A stretch of DNA of 63,987 bases, filler included, from Collodictyon triciliatum (Eukaryota), in NCBI GenBank assembly GCA_043381765.1. It is 5 parts of 5 records of this genome, joined end to end, with 100 filler letters (N's around TTAATTAATTAA, not from the genome) between each part and the next. Parts side by side here need not be neighbours in the genome. Positions count along the whole stretch, not along the records: positions 56,169 to 62,779 come from JBHJMP010001051.1; positions 62,880 to 63,987 come from JBHJMP010001206.1; 3 more parts are not named here. One strand, 5' to 3'. This document shows, piece by piece, positions 59,163 to 63,987 of this stretch. Made by a program: the position numbers and the translations under genes. Under the pieces are notes generated by a model that saw only the letters and a list, made by a program, of their open reading frames with translations, made no database searches and was not told the origin of the DNA. The first letter of the stretch is position 1, and every line of letters begins with the position of its first letter.

Positions 59163-59808
59163 AGCCATTACCCCAGAAATATACTTTCACCAGCACAACT
59201 GGATAGGAAACGGTTCTCTGACACTTCCCCAATCATATAAAAGAATATGTTCAAAGTGGACGCGATGCAAAACGAGCTTTCCCTTCCCACAACAGCTCGC
59301 ATAGATGCGCTCATGGCAACACATCTTCACCCCCCTATCCGCTTGAGACATTCCTGCAGAACCAAAGGGAGTAATGAACTATCAGACAAATGATGGGAAA
59401 AGCTGACTCTGACAGTGGCTGCTTGCGCCCTCTTGGCAGCCGGGCTTTCTTGCTTTGTGGAGCAGGGCGACAATTGAGGGAGACATGTCAACATCCCTGA
59501 TTTATTGCGCAAATGAGTTCGCATCGCCTTCAGCTAAGGCTGGCCAGCAGAAAAAGCAGGTCTTCCACCCTACACAACCACACGCGGCCCAAAGAAAAAT
59601 GAATCATGAATAATGAAGAGAAGGACGAGACGATGGTTTTGTAAATAATAGTGTGGGTATGAATAAAAAAGAAGATACTGCAAGTTTTCTACTTTTTCAT
59701 ATATCTATTTTTTTTTTTAGAATTAACTAGAAGTCGGAGCAATCCTTTGACAACTTCCAGGCCACGCTTGTTGAAGAAGCCGCAGAAACTGAGTGACAGA
59801 GTTCTGCC

Positions 59809-62688
<2,880 letters not shown>

Positions 62689-62779
62689 GTAGAATTTTTT
62701 TCATTTAACAATCTTTCGTTGCAACTGTGTTTTTTCTCAGCATATCATCATATATCTCGCTGGCTTGTTCCCCCCCCCC

Positions 62780-62879
62780 NNNNNNNNNNNNNNNNNNNNN
62801 NNNNNNNNNNNNNNNNNNNNNNNTTAATTAATTAANNNNNNNNNNNNNNNNNNNNNNNNNNNNNNNNNNNNNNNNNNNN
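62780..62879. other. Artificial contig-joining linker
   Basis: N44-TTAATTAATTAA-N44. Confidence 0.95.
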
Positions 62880-62980
62880 TTTTTTTCCACACTTTTTTTT
62901 TTTCTTCCCCCCCCCCCCCCCCCCCCAAAAAGAAAAAAAAACTTTAGTCTTAACTAGTAACTCACTTCTTTTCGTTCAAG

Positions 62981-63828
62981 TTCGGAAATGCTCATGCCAA
63001 AATCTTCGATGATGGGGAAATCTGTCTGAAGGGCCCGTTTGTGTGTGTAAGTGGGGATTATATTTACTTAGCCAAGATTATTATCCCCCTTTATTTCCAA
63101 TTCAAAGAAAAGCTCAGATATGGTTTAAATATATCGTTGGTATTCTTACATTCTCCCATCCCAGAAGGGATATTGGAAGGACTCAGATGCCACTGCTTCT
63201 ACAATTGACGCTGATGGCTGGCTTCACACGGGAGATATTGGGTTCATCGACGAAGAGGTTAATCTCACTCCAGCGGAATCATGTTATTTTTCTTCGATTT
63301 TGTGCACATAACGTAGTTAATGATTTTTAGCAAGTTTAATTCTATGTATGTTCTGCAATAACTTTATAAAACCAGTGTTGTAACTATTTCTACATGAAAT
63401 ACAAAAAGGGGTTCTTGTATATTACTGACCGAAAGAAAGAAATTATAATTACTGCCGGAGGAGAGAACATCGCACCAACAGCCATAGAGAGTAAAGTGAA
63501 GACCATACCTGGGGTTGGACAGTGCGTGATATATGGTGACAGGCAGAAATATGTCGGTAATTTTTTTCATTTGTGGTGTATTCTGACAAATGTATTCTGC
63601 TATATTTTGAGTGGCTTGTGTAAACTTTGTTTGAGCTTGCTGATTTACCCGCATTAAGAGAAACGTTCCAACTATGCGAATTTCTATTCAAAAGGCAGTG
63701 GAAATATTGACTGTATTTCCTCGTTTTGATGCACTCAAAGTTTCCCTAATTGTCTTGGACCCCGACACTCTCCATAAAGTCTCGGAAGAAATCGGAAGCC
63801 CCGCAACAAATATGAAGGACGCATCCAA
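62981..63828 (+). CDS. Long-chain fatty acyl-CoA synthetase (ACSBG/FadD15-like), internal fragment
   Basis: [18 protein letters not shown]...[44 protein letters not shown]...GDRQKYV. Confidence 0.92.
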
Positions 63829-63903
63829 GTGAGATATTTTCAACCATTTGCAGTATGGTATACACCGATAGTCGGTATCATTTTTATGCATCCCTTAAAG
63901 AGA

Positions 63904-63957
<54 letters not shown>

Positions 63958-63987
63958 AGTTATATAATAAAAAAAATTAAAGAATTA

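Overview
Intron-rich, AT-rich nuclear DNA of a microbial eukaryote (standard genetic code; TAA, TAG and TGA all terminate genes). The window is five unrelated scaffold pieces joined by artificial N44-TTAATTAATTAA-N44 linkers: 1-26340, 26441-41558, 41659-56068, 56169-62779 and 62880-63987. Genes reconstructed by walking exons by hand: a partial DHHC palmitoyltransferase, PDHB, SMC4 head-to-head with FANCD2, a RhoGAP 3' end, a ZnT1-type CDF zinc exporter with a (GHSH)8 loop, a 6-TM cyclic-nucleotide-binding K+ channel, a Myb factor 3' part, an SLC38-type amino-acid transporter, a type I membrane protein with an EMC10-like tail, a GC-rich bioF, the meiotic gene MND1, an O-fucosyltransferase-family enzyme, a GBD/FH3 (formin-type) N-terminus and part of a long-chain acyl-CoA synthetase. 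No tRNA, rRNA, CRISPR array or mobile element was recognisable. Most notable observations: (1) relaxed splicing signals, with many AAG acceptors lacking a pyrimidine tract, degenerate donors and two GC-AG introns; (2) a possible one-codon terminal exon that would give BioF a PTS1-like PKM end; (3) a GC-rich acidic then H1-like tail on FANCD2; (4) an intact MND1. I found no clear multi-gene novel system. All exon boundaries are manual inferences without transcript data.
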